Of a stretch of 64,000 bases of DNA, positions 48,822-58,023 are shown one piece after another. Every line of letters starts with the position of its first letter. Within the stretch, counting starts at the first letter, position 1. A model generated the notes under the pieces. It did not search any database and was not told the DNA's origin. It worked only from the letters and a program-made list of their open reading frames with translations. The DNA is taken from positions 12,268 to 76,267 of the forward strand of contig JAZQYD010000090.1 of NCBI GenBank assembly GCA_045633405.1, read 5' to 3'. This DNA is from Eubacteriales bacterium. Lineage in GTDB: Bacteria > Bacillota > Clostridia > Oscillospirales > CAG-272. A program made the position numbers and the translations under genes.

Positions 48822-50294
48822 ATGCAAGTTAAAGATCTATTTGAATACGAGGATGAAATATTTATTGATAGAAGAATAGACCGTGAAAAACGCCTTCTCC
48901 CCGTTTTTAGAACATCCGATATAAGAGAAGACAGCATTTTAATCTACCCGAAAAGGCTGGGTACACGGGAATATAGGATACCTGCTCTCTCAAAAGCTCC
49001 TTATGCAATCATAGCGGGAGAAGACGTAATCGAAGGAAGCACCGACGTACCGCTTATAAAGGTTCCTGATCCCAGAAGATGTGCCGCATTCACATTCAGT
49101 AAGGAGTACGGCATTGATTATAATAAATTATCTGTAATAGGCATAACAGGCACGAATGGAAAGACCACCACTGCAGAAATACTATTCTATCTATTAAGAG
49201 CCGCAGGATATAACGTCGGATATATCGGTACCGGAGAAATCCGCATTAACGAGAATATAATTTCTGATAAAAGCTATTCAATGACCACGCCTGATCCCGA
49301 TGACTTATATAAGGTACTTTCGGATATGCAAAGACAAGGGTGCGATTACGCAGTGATGGAGGTATCCAGTCACTCTCTTTCTCTTTCCAAGGTCACACCT
49401 ATTAAATTCAAGCGAGCAATTTTCACCAATCTCACAGAGGAGCACATGGATTTTCACACGGACCTGGAAGACTATTATCATACCAAATTATCGCTTTTCA
49501 GACAGGCTGAATCGGGTATATTTAATCTCGATGATCCTTACTCCAAAAGAGCACTTGGAGAGGCAGGAATGAAAGGCGAATCGATCGGAATAATAGACAC
49601 CTCGGCAGATGCCTGCATAACAGCCTACACCTCCAAGGGACTCGACGGCTCAGCATTTTTCTATAAGGAGAAGAATAAAATATTTAAAATTGAATTAGCT
49701 CTCGGAGGAGCATACAACGTCTACAATTCAATGCTGGCAATCAAGTGTGCAATATCACTCGGAGTAAATCCTTGTACCATAAGAAGAGCCATTCCAACAC
49801 TGAAATCCGTGCGTGGAAGGCTTAATGTTATTAAAAGCGACGTGACGGTGGTGATAGATTATGCACACACCTCCGCAGCACTGAAAGAAGTGCTGTTTTT
49901 CCTAAAATCAACACTTAGCCCCGGGCAGAGTCTAACAACCGTATTCGGATGCGGAGGAGAAAGAGACAAGTCGAAGAGAGCGGAAATGGGCAAAATAGCA
50001 GAAAGCTTCTCCGACATAGTAGTTGTTACCGAGGACAATAGCCGAGGAGAAAATTTTGATTTAATAGTCAAAATGATTTTAAGCGGAATGACAAAAAATA
50101 AGCATATAGTTATAGAATCAAGAAGTGATGCTATACGTACCGCCATCTTATCTGCTAACAAGGATGACATCGTAGCTGTGATCGGCAAAGGGCATGAGAA
50201 GTACATTATCGACTCGTCGGGAAAGCATGATTTTGATGAAGAGAAAATCATCATGTCAGCTCTCGGAGAAAGGAAATGTCAGAATGAGAATTAA
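48822..50294 (+). CDS. murE: UDP-N-acetylmuramoyl-L-alanyl-D-glutamate-2,6-diaminopimelate ligase
   Basis: GITGTNGKTTT P-loop, Mur ligase middle and C domains, EDNSRGE where DAP-type enzymes carry DNPR. Start at ATG 48822 with a GAGGAAGG RBS. Confidence 0.88.
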   Translation: MQVKDLFEYEDEIFIDRRIDREKRLLPVFRTSDIREDSILIYPKRLGTREYRIPALSKAPYAIIAGEDVIEGSTDVPLIKVPDPRRCAAFTFSKEYGIDYNKLSVIGITGTNGKTTTAEILFYLLRAAGYNVGYIGTGEIRINENIISDKSYSMTTPDPDDLYKVLSDMQRQGCDYAVMEVSSHSLSLSKVTPIKFKRAIFTNLTEEHMDFHTDLEDYYHTKLSLFRQAESGIFNLDDPYSKRALGEAGMKGESIGIIDTSADACITAYTSKGLDGSAFFYKEKNKIFKIELALGGAYNVYNSMLAIKCAISLGVNPCTIRRAIPTLKSVRGRLNVIKSDVTVVIDYAHTSAALKEVLFFLKSTLSPGQSLTTVFGCGGERDKSKRAEMGKIAESFSDIVVVTEDNSRGENFDLIVKMILSGMTKNKHIVIESRSDAIRTAILSANKDDIVAVIGKGHEKYIIDSSGKHDFDEEKIIMSALGERKCQNEN

Positions 50295-51642
50295 GCTTTT
50301 CGAGAAAGTTTCTCTCTTTCAAATCACATCGCTTTTACATACAGAACCGCTCTCGGAGAACAAGGTAATAGAATACGTGACGACTGACTCACGTGAAGTA
50401 CGTAAGGGAGACCTTTTCCTTTCACTCTGCAAGGATGAAGAGAAAAAGGAGGAATATGAGAAGGAGGTCGAGATTAAGGGTGGCATCATTCTGACCAGCC
50501 TGAGAAAGGAGGGAGCGATCGTTGTAGATAATATGGAGAAGTCCCTTTTATCCCTCTCTCATTTCTTCCTCAATTCACTCCCCTGTCTCTCTCACAGAAT
50601 CGCCATCACGGGTAGCGTGGGCAAAACGACTACAAAAGAATTCTTAGCAAAAATACTCTCAAAAAGGTATAAAATACATTATACGTATAAGAATTATAAT
50701 AACTCGCTGGGTCTATTACTAACAGTACTTGCCGCTCCATACGAAACCGAGGCCATCATCTTAGAGCTCGGAACTAATCATAGAGGCGAGATTGCATCCC
50801 TCTCGCAGGCAATATCGCCAACCCTATCTGCGATAACCCGCATCGGTACATCTCATATCGGAAACTTCGGATCAATAGAAGAGCTTATTAAAGAGAAAAC
50901 GGATATAATATCCGGTATGAGTATTCCCTGCCTTGTTTGCGACCCCAAAGGAGCTGTCAAGTCTTTGGCACGTACAATAACCGCATCCTGCGAGAACGTA
51001 GAAGCGGACATATATCTGAGACCGATACTTGAGGAAATTGATGGCACCCGATTCGATCTATACCTGAAGGGCGATCTGATAGACACGCTGGACATAAATA
51101 TAGGAGGAAGGCACGTGCTACACTGTCTCGGAATAGCTATCGCACTTGCAACCGAGATTGGATGCGGGATAGATGAAATACGTGCAGGAATATGGGAAAT
51201 AACGGAAGAGACAGCAAGACATAAAATAATCAAGATAGATGATTATTATATATTGGATGACTCCTATAATTCTTCTTTAGAATCAATCGAGGGTGCTCTT
51301 TCGCTAATAAAGAATCATAGTGGAGGCATCTCCGCACTTCTCGGCGATATATATGAGCTCGGAGAAATGACCGAGCAAATACACAAGAAAATCGGTGCAA
51401 TGGCTCACTCATACGGTATTGATAAGCTATATCTATTCGGCACATATTCAAAATATATCTCCGAGGGTGCCGGGTCTAGTGGCATGTCAGCTGCAAATAT
51501 TTTCACTAACCTTAACCTTGATGAACCCGAACTGACAGCGAAGCAAATAAGAGACCATCACAAAAAGGGAGAGCTTATTCTCCTCAAAGCATCGAACAAG
51601 GTTAAGCTATGCCGTGTAATAGACATCCTGATGAGAAAATGA
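50284..51642 (+). CDS. murF: UDP-N-acetylmuramoyl-tripeptide-D-alanyl-D-alanine ligase
   Basis: ITGSVGKTTTKE P-loop and Mur ligase domains. ATG 50284 overlaps the murE stop. Confidence 0.88.
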   Translation: MRIKLFEKVSLFQITSLLHTEPLSENKVIEYVTTDSREVRKGDLFLSLCKDEEKKEEYEKEVEIKGGIILTSLRKEGAIVVDNMEKSLLSLSHFFLNSLPCLSHRIAITGSVGKTTTKEFLAKILSKRYKIHYTYKNYNNSLGLLLTVLAAPYETEAIILELGTNHRGEIASLSQAISPTLSAITRIGTSHIGNFGSIEELIKEKTDIISGMSIPCLVCDPKGAVKSLARTITASCENVEADIYLRPILEEIDGTRFDLYLKGDLIDTLDINIGGRHVLHCLGIAIALATEIGCGIDEIRAGIWEITEETARHKIIKIDDYYILDDSYNSSLESIEGALSLIKNHSGGISALLGDIYELGEMTEQIHKKIGAMAHSYGIDKLYLFGTYSKYISEGAGSSGMSAANIFTNLNLDEPELTAKQIRDHHKKGELILLKASNKVKLCRVIDILMRK

Positions 51643-51654
51643 AAGGAAAAGCAA

Positions 51655-52641
51655 ATGCTCGATAATAACTTCCCTCTCTACATGGCGGTATTCGTTATCA
51701 CCTTTATTATGACAGTGGTAACCGAAAGAATTTTGATTCCTTTACTTAGCAGCAGTGCCAAGCAACCGATTTATACCGAAGGCCCCTCGTGGCACGAGGC
51801 AAAAAGAGGTACGCCGACCATGGGCGGTATCGCCTTTGTTTCCGCTTTTGTCTTCTCAATTCTACTTGGTGTTTTACATCTATACGTAAGAGGCGAGAGA
51901 GGATCTGCTGTAAGTCTTTTAATATGCCTTTTCTATGCTGTAATGAATTCTCTTATCGGTATGCTTGATGATCTTAAAAAGCTATTCAAGAAAGAGAATT
52001 TAGGGTTGAAGCCAAGGGAAAAGATCCTCCTTCAATCCATAGCAGCGGCAATATTCCTTTTTCTCCTCTATATGACGAGAAGCGACATTGAGGTAATATC
52101 CTTTACCTTTGGAGCATTTGACCTTGGCATATTCTTCTATCCATTATCGTTTATCGTTCTAATAGGTATAACGAACTGTGCCAATCTGACCGACGGAGTA
52201 GACGGGCTTGCCGGCGGAGTTGCTTTTGCCATAGGTGTATCACTGTTCTATATATCCTATGCACTCTCATATGACGCAGCCTTCATATCCTCCGCATTGA
52301 TGGGTGCATCGAGTGCCTTTCTTATATTTAACATTCACCCCGCACGTATTTTTATGGGCGATACGGGATCGCTGTTTCTCGGTGCAATAGGTGCGGCGGC
52401 ATCAATTACGCTCGGCAATCCCATTCTGATACTCTTCATAGGCGGAATTTACGTAATAGAGGGGGCATCTGTCATTATCCAGGTCATATCATTTAAACTG
52501 ACGGGAAAGCGAGTTTTTAAAATGTCTCCTCTTCACCACCATCTTGAAAAATGCGGCTGGAGCGAAAACAAAATTTGCATAACCGCCATTATACTCACCT
52601 TTATATTCTCTATTCCCGCATTTGCGTTTTATCTGCCATGA
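51655..52641 (+). CDS. mraY: Phospho-N-acetylmuramoyl-pentapeptide transferase
   Basis: KxxTPTMGG, NLTDGVDGLA, FMGDTGSL, SPLHHHLE motifs. Confidence 0.95.
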   Translation: MLDNNFPLYMAVFVITFIMTVVTERILIPLLSSSAKQPIYTEGPSWHEAKRGTPTMGGIAFVSAFVFSILLGVLHLYVRGERGSAVSLLICLFYAVMNSLIGMLDDLKKLFKKENLGLKPREKILLQSIAAAIFLFLLYMTRSDIEVISFTFGAFDLGIFFYPLSFIVLIGITNCANLTDGVDGLAGGVAFAIGVSLFYISYALSYDAAFISSALMGASSAFLIFNIHPARIFMGDTGSLFLGAIGAAASITLGNPILILFIGGIYVIEGASVIIQVISFKLTGKRVFKMSPLHHHLEKCGWSENKICITAIILTFIFSIPAFAFYLP

Positions 52642-53783
52642 AGAAAGGATTTTCAAAACTACCCTCACTTACAACCGACAGAGGAAGGATAGATATATTC
52701 TTTCTTCTATTGGTCGTTGTAATCTCCCTTTTTGGTACGGTTACAGTATTTACAGCCGGGTCTGCATACGCATCAGTGAGATACGGAGACTCTACGTACT
52801 TTGTAAAAAGGCAAATAATATGGTTAATTGCAGGCATGATAGCACTCACTGTATCATCCCGCATTCCGATCAGAAAATATAAGGAGCTTTCTCCCATTTT
52901 ATATGCAGTTACGTTAGCCCTTCTTATATTGACCTTAATCGTGGGATTTGTCGGAAACGGAGCAAAAAGATGGATTGCGATAGGACCTATTACTCTGCAA
53001 CCGTCCGAAATAGCCAAGCTGACAATGGTGATGATGCTGGCACGGTATTTCAGCGAATTCTCGGAGAAGGCTATGTCGAAGAAAGGACGCTTTATATACG
53101 GTACGCTAATCCCTATCGTTATAATGATAATTCCCATTGTTCTGGTTATGCTTCAAAAGCATTTATCCTGCATTATCATTCTCGGACTTATCGGTCTTTC
53201 GATTATAATTCTATCGGGAGTAAGTATAAAATATATAGGGTATTTCTCCTCTGTTGGTGTAGTCGGAGTTACTTGTCTTGCATTATTCACGGATTATACC
53301 AAGGAGAGAGTTAGCGTATGGAGGAATCCCGAGCAATACAAGCTCAGCGGAGGCTGGCAAACTCTCCAGGGGCTGATGGCAATAGGCTCCGGGGGACTGT
53401 TCGGAAAAGGTCTCGGAAGAGGAGAGCTGAAATACAGTTACGTATCCGAGCCGGCTAACGATATGATATTCGCCATACTCTGCGAGGAGATGGGGCTTTT
53501 CGGAGCGGGGTTGGTTATATTTCTTTTTGCCCTCCTTGTATTAAGGGGGTTCTCAATTGCTTTATCGAGCAAGGACGAGTTTGCACGCTTGCTGACCCTT
53601 GGAATATGTATGAAGGTGGCTATTCAGGTTCTCTTAAATATATCGGTCGTAACAAACACCATTCCAAATACCGGAATATCACTCCCCTTCTTCAGCTACG
53701 GAGGCTCTTCTCTTGTGATGCTGTTATTTGAAATGGGAATTATTCTCTCAATTTCACGTGAAGCCAGACTACATAAATCTTGA
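52638..53783 (+). CDS. ftsW: SEDS family peptidoglycan polymerase (FtsW/SpoVE)
   Basis: QPSEIAKL, SEPANDMIFAI and LPFFSYGGSS motifs. ATGA overlap with the mraY stop. Confidence 0.9.
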   Translation: MKKGFSKLPSLTTDRGRIDIFFLLLVVVISLFGTVTVFTAGSAYASVRYGDSTYFVKRQIIWLIAGMIALTVSSRIPIRKYKELSPILYAVTLALLILTLIVGFVGNGAKRWIAIGPITLQPSEIAKLTMVMMLARYFSEFSEKAMSKKGRFIYGTLIPIVIMIIPIVLVMLQKHLSCIIILGLIGLSIIILSGVSIKYIGYFSSVGVVGVTCLALFTDYTKERVSVWRNPEQYKLSGGWQTLQGLMAIGSGGLFGKGLGRGELKYSYVSEPANDMIFAILCEEMGLFGAGLVIFLFALLVLRGFSIALSSKDEFARLLTLGICMKVAIQVLLNISVVTNTIPNTGISLPFFSYGGSSLVMLLFEMGIILSISREARLHKS

Positions 53784-53796
53784 AAGGATAAAAGAA

Positions 53797-54927
53797 GTGA
53801 AGGTTCTTTTTACAGGCGGAGGTACAGGAGGACACGTCGCACCTGCGATTGCAATAGCTGAAATACTCAAGGATGGCGGAATGCTGGAGGATTGCCTATT
53901 TGTCGGAAGACGAGGCGGCGATGAAAACAAGGCGATAACCAATAGCGGATATAAGCTGACAACAATAGACATCTCGCCTATACCGCGTAAAATATCGCTT
54001 AAAAGCTTCAGTGCTGTTTATAGGCTCATCAAAGCCGGTAGAGATGCTATAAAGATCATCCGTGATTTCTCCCCCGACATTGTAGTAGCGACAGGAGGAT
54101 ACGTCTCATATCCGATATTAAAGGGGGCGATAAAGCTGAAGATTCCTACTGCGATACACGAGTCAAATGCATATCCGGGATTGGTAACCAGGACGCTCGG
54201 GTCAAAATGCGATGTAGTTCTACTCGGAATGAAGGCCGCTGAGGATCATTTGAAAAAGTGCCCGAGAATTGTTATCTCAGGCAATCCCGTAAGACGTAAT
54301 TTCAAGGCTTCAAGCTACCTCTTATCGAGGAAGGCTCTCGGGATCAAGAGAGGTGAGAAGCTGATCTTGTCCTTCGGCGGAAGCGGCGGAGCTGAAAAAA
54401 TGAATGAAGCTATGATAAATTTAATGAGAGAGTTTTCGATAAACGATCCGTCAGTCAGACACATTCATGCTACCGGAAGAAAAAGCTATCATGAGGTAAA
54501 GGAGAGCCAACCCGACCTTTTTGACAACGGCAAAAACACAAGGTGCAGGATAGTACCATATATCGAAAATATGCCTACGTTATTATCAGCCTGCGACCTT
54601 GCAATCACCAGAAGCGGAGCTATGACGGTAGCTGAAATTATGTGTTGCGACACTCCGTCAATTCTCATTCCGTCACCAAACGTGGCAGCAAACCATCAGT
54701 ACTACAATGCACTCTACGCTAAAGAGATGATAGGTTCACATATCATAGAGGAGGCCGATCTGACTAGTGATGCATTAGAGAAAACTGTAAAGAAAATATT
54801 AGCCTCGAGAGAGAAAACGGCTAGGTCATCTGCTACGAAAAAATGTGCTCGGGGAGAAGAATGCGAGAGCATAATTCTACACACGCTGTCCGACATCGTA
54901 ACTTCAAAAAAACAAGGTCTGCCTTGA
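53797..54927 (+). CDS. murG: Lipid II-forming UDP-GlcNAc transferase MurG
   Basis: VLFTGGGTGGHVAPAIAIAE and the C-terminal RSGAMTVAE motif. Start placed at GTG 53797 (AAAGGA RBS), so that it does not overlap ftsW by 56 nt. Confidence 0.88.
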   Translation: MKVLFTGGGTGGHVAPAIAIAEILKDGGMLEDCLFVGRRGGDENKAITNSGYKLTTIDISPIPRKISLKSFSAVYRLIKAGRDAIKIIRDFSPDIVVATGGYVSYPILKGAIKLKIPTAIHESNAYPGLVTRTLGSKCDVVLLGMKAAEDHLKKCPRIVISGNPVRRNFKASSYLLSRKALGIKRGEKLILSFGGSGGAEKMNEAMINLMREFSINDPSVRHIHATGRKSYHEVKESQPDLFDNGKNTRCRIVPYIENMPTLLSACDLAITRSGAMTVAEIMCCDTPSILIPSPNVAANHQYYNALYAKEMIGSHIIEEADLTSDALEKTVKKILASREKTARSSATKKCARGEECESIILHTLSDIVTSKKQGLP

Positions 54928-54983
54928 ATTAACTGCCAGATTTAATTAAATTCAAAAATCGACATTTTTTCTCTATAAAACGC

Positions 54984-55012
54984 TTGCAATTTATTTATAT
55001 TTAAGTTATAAT
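54984..55012 (+). promoter_or_regulatory. Candidate sigma-A promoter of ftsZ
   Basis: TTGCAA, 17-nt spacer, TATAAT, in the 150-nt murG-ftsZ gap. Confidence 0.55.
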
Positions 55013-55077
55013 AATATATGAGACAAAATATTTAGGGAACACATCCCTTTTTGACTAAAATACGGAGGTAAAAAACA

Positions 55078-56367
55078 ATGGACGGCAGAATGGAATTTGA
55101 TTTTGAGCAGGTATATGATAGCGGCATTAACATTAAGGTCATAGGTATTGGCGGTGGCGGAAACAACGCAGTTAACCGCATGATCTCTACAAATATTCGC
55201 GGAGTTGAGTTCATCGCCGTCAACACGGACAGCCAGGTGCTCGACACCTCTTGTGCATCAAAGAAGCTTGTTATCGGTGATAAGATAACTCGCGGTAAGG
55301 GTGCAGGTGCTAACCCCGAGGTTGGTAAGCGTAGTGCCGAGGAATCCATCGAGGATATCAAGGCAATTCTCGCGGGTGCTGATATGGCATTTATCACCGC
55401 GGGAATGGGCGGCGGTACCGGAACCGGAGCAGCTCCCGTAGTCGCTAAATGTGCTAAGGAGATGGGTATTCTTACAGTCGGTATCGTAACCAAGCCCTTC
55501 TCTTTCGAGGGACGTAAGAGATACATACAGGCGGAGGCAGGAATCAACGAGCTTACCAAGTACGTTGACTCTCTCATTGTTATCCCCAACGAGAGACTTA
55601 AGCAGGTTGAGGACACTCACATCACTCTTGCTAACGCATTTGAGATCGCAGATGACGTATTAAGACGTGGAGTTCAGTCTGTATCCGAGCTTATCAACGT
55701 TCCCGGATTCATCAACCTTGACTTTGCTGACGTTACTACCATCATGAAGAATGCAGGACACGCTCACATGGGCGTTGGCTCTGCTAAGGGATCTGACAAG
55801 GCTCAGCTCGCTGCTATGGCCGCAATCTCCTCTCCCCTTCTTGAGACCAGCATTGCTGGTGCTACCGGCGTTCTTGTAAGCATTACCGCATCCGAGGATA
55901 TTCAGCTCGAGGAGGTAGAGACTGCATCCAGAATGATTTACGAGGAGGCTCATCCCGATGCAACCATCATTTGGGGTGCTGCATTCGCTCCCGATCTTCA
56001 GGATGAGATCAGAGTAACAATTATAGCAACCGGATTTATTGATAATAACGGAAATAAAAATGCTGACTTTGCTGTCAAGAATCAGGCAAACGATGCAACT
56101 GTTGTAGACACTACTCCCAGAGTAGCACCCGCTATCGAGCCCGTACAACCCGCAGCTGCTCCCGTTGCACGTGAGTATGCTTACACCCCCGTGTCTCCCG
56201 CTCCCGTCGACGCAGCAGCTCACGTACAGCCCGTTACACAGCCTGAGCAGCCCGCAAAACCTGTTGCACAGCCTGCAGCCGAGCCCCAGTCCGGAAATGA
56301 CGATTTTTCGGATATTGACGAGGAGTACGGCGATATTCTCAACTTCATCAGAAGAAAGGGTAAGTAA
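55078..56367 (+). CDS. ftsZ: Cell division protein FtsZ
   Basis: [13 protein letters not shown], tubulin signature [11 protein letters not shown], Pro/Ala-rich linker, C-terminal peptide [11 protein letters not shown]. Confidence 0.97.
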   Translation: MDGRMEFDFEQVYDSGINIKVIGIGGGGNNAVNRMISTNIRGVEFIAVNTDSQVLDTSCASKKLVIGDKITRGKGAGANPEVGKRSAEESIEDIKAILAGADMAFITAGMGGGTGTGAAPVVAKCAKEMGILTVGIVTKPFSFEGRKRYIQAEAGINELTKYVDSLIVIPNERLKQVEDTHITLANAFEIADDVLRRGVQSVSELINVPGFINLDFADVTTIMKNAGHAHMGVGSAKGSDKAQLAAMAAISSPLLETSIAGATGVLVSITASEDIQLEEVETASRMIYEEAHPDATIIWGAAFAPDLQDEIRVTIIATGFIDNNGNKNADFAVKNQANDATVVDTTPRVAPAIEPVQPAAAPVAREYAYTPVSPAPVDAAAHVQPVTQPEQPAKPVAQPAAEPQSGNDDFSDIDEEYGDILNFIRRKGK

Positions 56368-56401
56368 TTTCATTTACCTCATTAGTTCAAATAAATATTT
56401 T

Positions 56402-56440
56402 GCAAGGATGGAGCACCGCTCTGTCCTTGCCTTTTTATTT
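56402..56440 (+). terminator. Rho-independent terminator after ftsZ
   Basis: GCAAGGA / TCCTTGC stem (extendable with an internal loop) followed by CTTTTTATTTT. Confidence 0.7.
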
Positions 56441-57454
56441 TCAAACATTTTGACAAATAACCAATTGAAACATAAAAACTGTTTTCACCCTAAATATCCA
56501 TATATTATTTTTAAAACACACCTCATCTTAATTTAGTTTATATAGAATAAAAATTCAAAAAGAAACAACCGAAAGAAATGTAAATGACACCTTTAGTGAG
56601 CACATTGATGGGGATGTTTTTCGCCATAGCTTGACAGTGCTTTCAAGCTCATAAATACAGTAGACAAATATGATTAGTAAATAGGGAAAGCATCTTATCA
56701 AAAGACGGAAGCATCTCTCTTCAAGCTCCCGATATTGCACACGTAAGGAATATATTATTAAAGAAAATAATCAAGCACAATACCAAAATACACCTTTTGC
56801 AAAAGGAGATGAAGGTGAGAAAATAAGCTTCTTACCACAATTCAAATATCAAACAGAATCACTCGAGCTTGGTACGTAATAAAAAAGACCTCGTTGAGAA
56901 AAAGTATTATAGAAAACGATCACCGTATAGCAAAAGGATAGGTGCATTTTTCGCTCGGATATCCCCCGTTGCCGGGCATAAAAAAGTTAATGAGCTTTCC
57001 TTATTTTAAAATAATCAATTCCGGAAAATCAAAGTTGAAAAAATCATTTCTCAAAATGACCGTACGGTAACCGCACTATGATAAAATGAGAATGACTTTG
57101 CGAACACGTCATAAAGAATAACCGAAATAAAAGTTTGTCTTTTTCCAGATCAAAATCACAAGACATCTCAATCTTTTATGCCCACCAAAAAAGGCAGGAA
57201 GATGGTCTGAATAAGCTTCTGTGCATTGCCGGAACTTTTTCTCCAAACGGTCTTCATTTACTACTATCCCAGCAAAGATAATTTCAGACTGTATAACCGC
57301 CTTAAAACGAAAAGGAAAATACCACCTGAAAAATCACATACCCGAAAAACACAACGAGAAAAAAGCCAAAAGCGAAGATGAGCTCTAAAGCGAAAATACA
57401 ATAAACTGCTTAAAGAAAAAAGAAAGCTATTTCCCAAAAAACTAAAAATACAAA

Positions 57455-57727
57455 TTTTCCAAACACCTCAAAAAAGAACGGGGGCACAAAGAAAGTTATC
57501 CACAAAATATATTTTTCCGATGTGAAAAATTGTTGATAAAAAATCAAGATATACTTTTCCGTCATCAAGTTTTTAACAATGTATTGCCTATAATTTTGTA
57601 ATATAGTTTGGATTTTACTCTATTTTTCTTTTATCATCGGAATCGTGTACTTTTTACCTTAAAAGTTTTCAACAGAAAATAAGTGGATAATCAAGGTTCG
57701 GTATTGTGTTATTAACACCTATCAACA
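57455..57727. promoter_or_regulatory. Cluster of DnaA-box-like 9-mers in non-coding DNA
   Basis: Perfect TTATCCACA at 57496-57504. One-mismatch boxes at 57531-57539 (TGTTGATAA) and 57682-57690 (AGTGGATAA). Two-mismatch boxes at 57455, 57521, 57666 and 57719. Function untested. Confidence 0.35.
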
Positions 57728-57787
57728 TAAGTTGTGCCTTTTTCGGAAAAGTGTATTTTGTGTTTTTTGCCTACTTTATGGGGTAAA

Positions 57788-57868
57788 TAAAAAAAGACGT
57801 CACCGCTATATAGGATAAATCGGACTGTACCGAAAAGCCTATTATAATGCGGTGACGCTTTTATTTTG
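57788..57868 (-). terminator. Long hairpin terminator after the mreB-like operon (potentially bidirectional)
   Basis: CGTCACCGC (57798-57806) pairs with GCGGTGACG (57849-57857); inner helices are possible. Flanked by an A-run on the left and a T-run on the right. Confidence 0.5.
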
Positions 57869-57896
57869 AGGAGCACCCTCCCCCGGGATCAGGATG

Positions 57897-58013
57897 TTAT
57901 TTTATGAAATAAACAAGTACGCCTGCAATAACGCTGAAGATCATAACACCCACGATAATAGTAGCCATAAGCCTGATCTTAGCTTCCTTTTTCTTCTGTC
58001 TTTTGTTCTCCAT
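57897..58013 (-). CDS. 38-aa basic N-terminus plus single-TM micropeptide, translationally coupled to the mreB-like gene
   Basis: Hand translation gives MENKRQKKKEAKIRLMATIIVGVMIFSVIAGVLVYFIK. A GAGGA RBS overlaps the mreB-like stop and the ATG is 10 nt downstream. It falls below the ORF-track length cutoff. Confidence 0.45.
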   Translation of the reverse strand: MENKRQKKKEAKIRLMATIIVGVMIFSVIAGVLVYFIK

Positions 58014-58023
58014 TTTTATATCC

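Noticed and set aside
56555-56740. 61-aa minus-strand ORF inside the ORF-free gap.
   Set aside because: It has a GTG start with no Shine-Dalgarno sequence and no recognisable motif. It is probably a chance ORF in T-rich sequence.
56793-56806. Perfect 14-nt palindrome CCTTTTGCAAAAGG.
   Set aside because: Palindromes of this length are expected a few times by chance in 64 kb (about 4^-7 per position), and no second copy or associated gene is present.
57055-57075. Group II intron domain V-like string CCGTACGGTAACC.
   Set aside because: It is just a 10-nt palindrome (ACCGTACGGT). The complementary 5' half of domain V (GAGCCGTAT...) and the GTGCG 5' boundary are absent.
57560-57760. dif (XerCD) site, considered because the convergent gene orientation could indicate a terminus.
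   Set aside because: The best candidate is the reverse complement around 57719-57735, TTATGTTGATA. It matches only the XerD-arm core. The expected XerC arm and 6-nt central region upstream do not match the B. subtilis or E. coli dif consensus.
56441-57790. Interpretation of the DnaA-box region as the chromosomal replication origin (oriC).
   Set aside because: No dnaA, dnaN or rpmH is nearby, whereas Firmicute oriC flanks dnaA. The flanking operons (dcw on plus, mreB-like/recD2/metK on minus) converge on the region instead of diverging from it. I saw no clear DnaA-trio or 13-mer-type unwinding element next to the boxes. I kept it only as a possible non-origin DnaA-box cluster.
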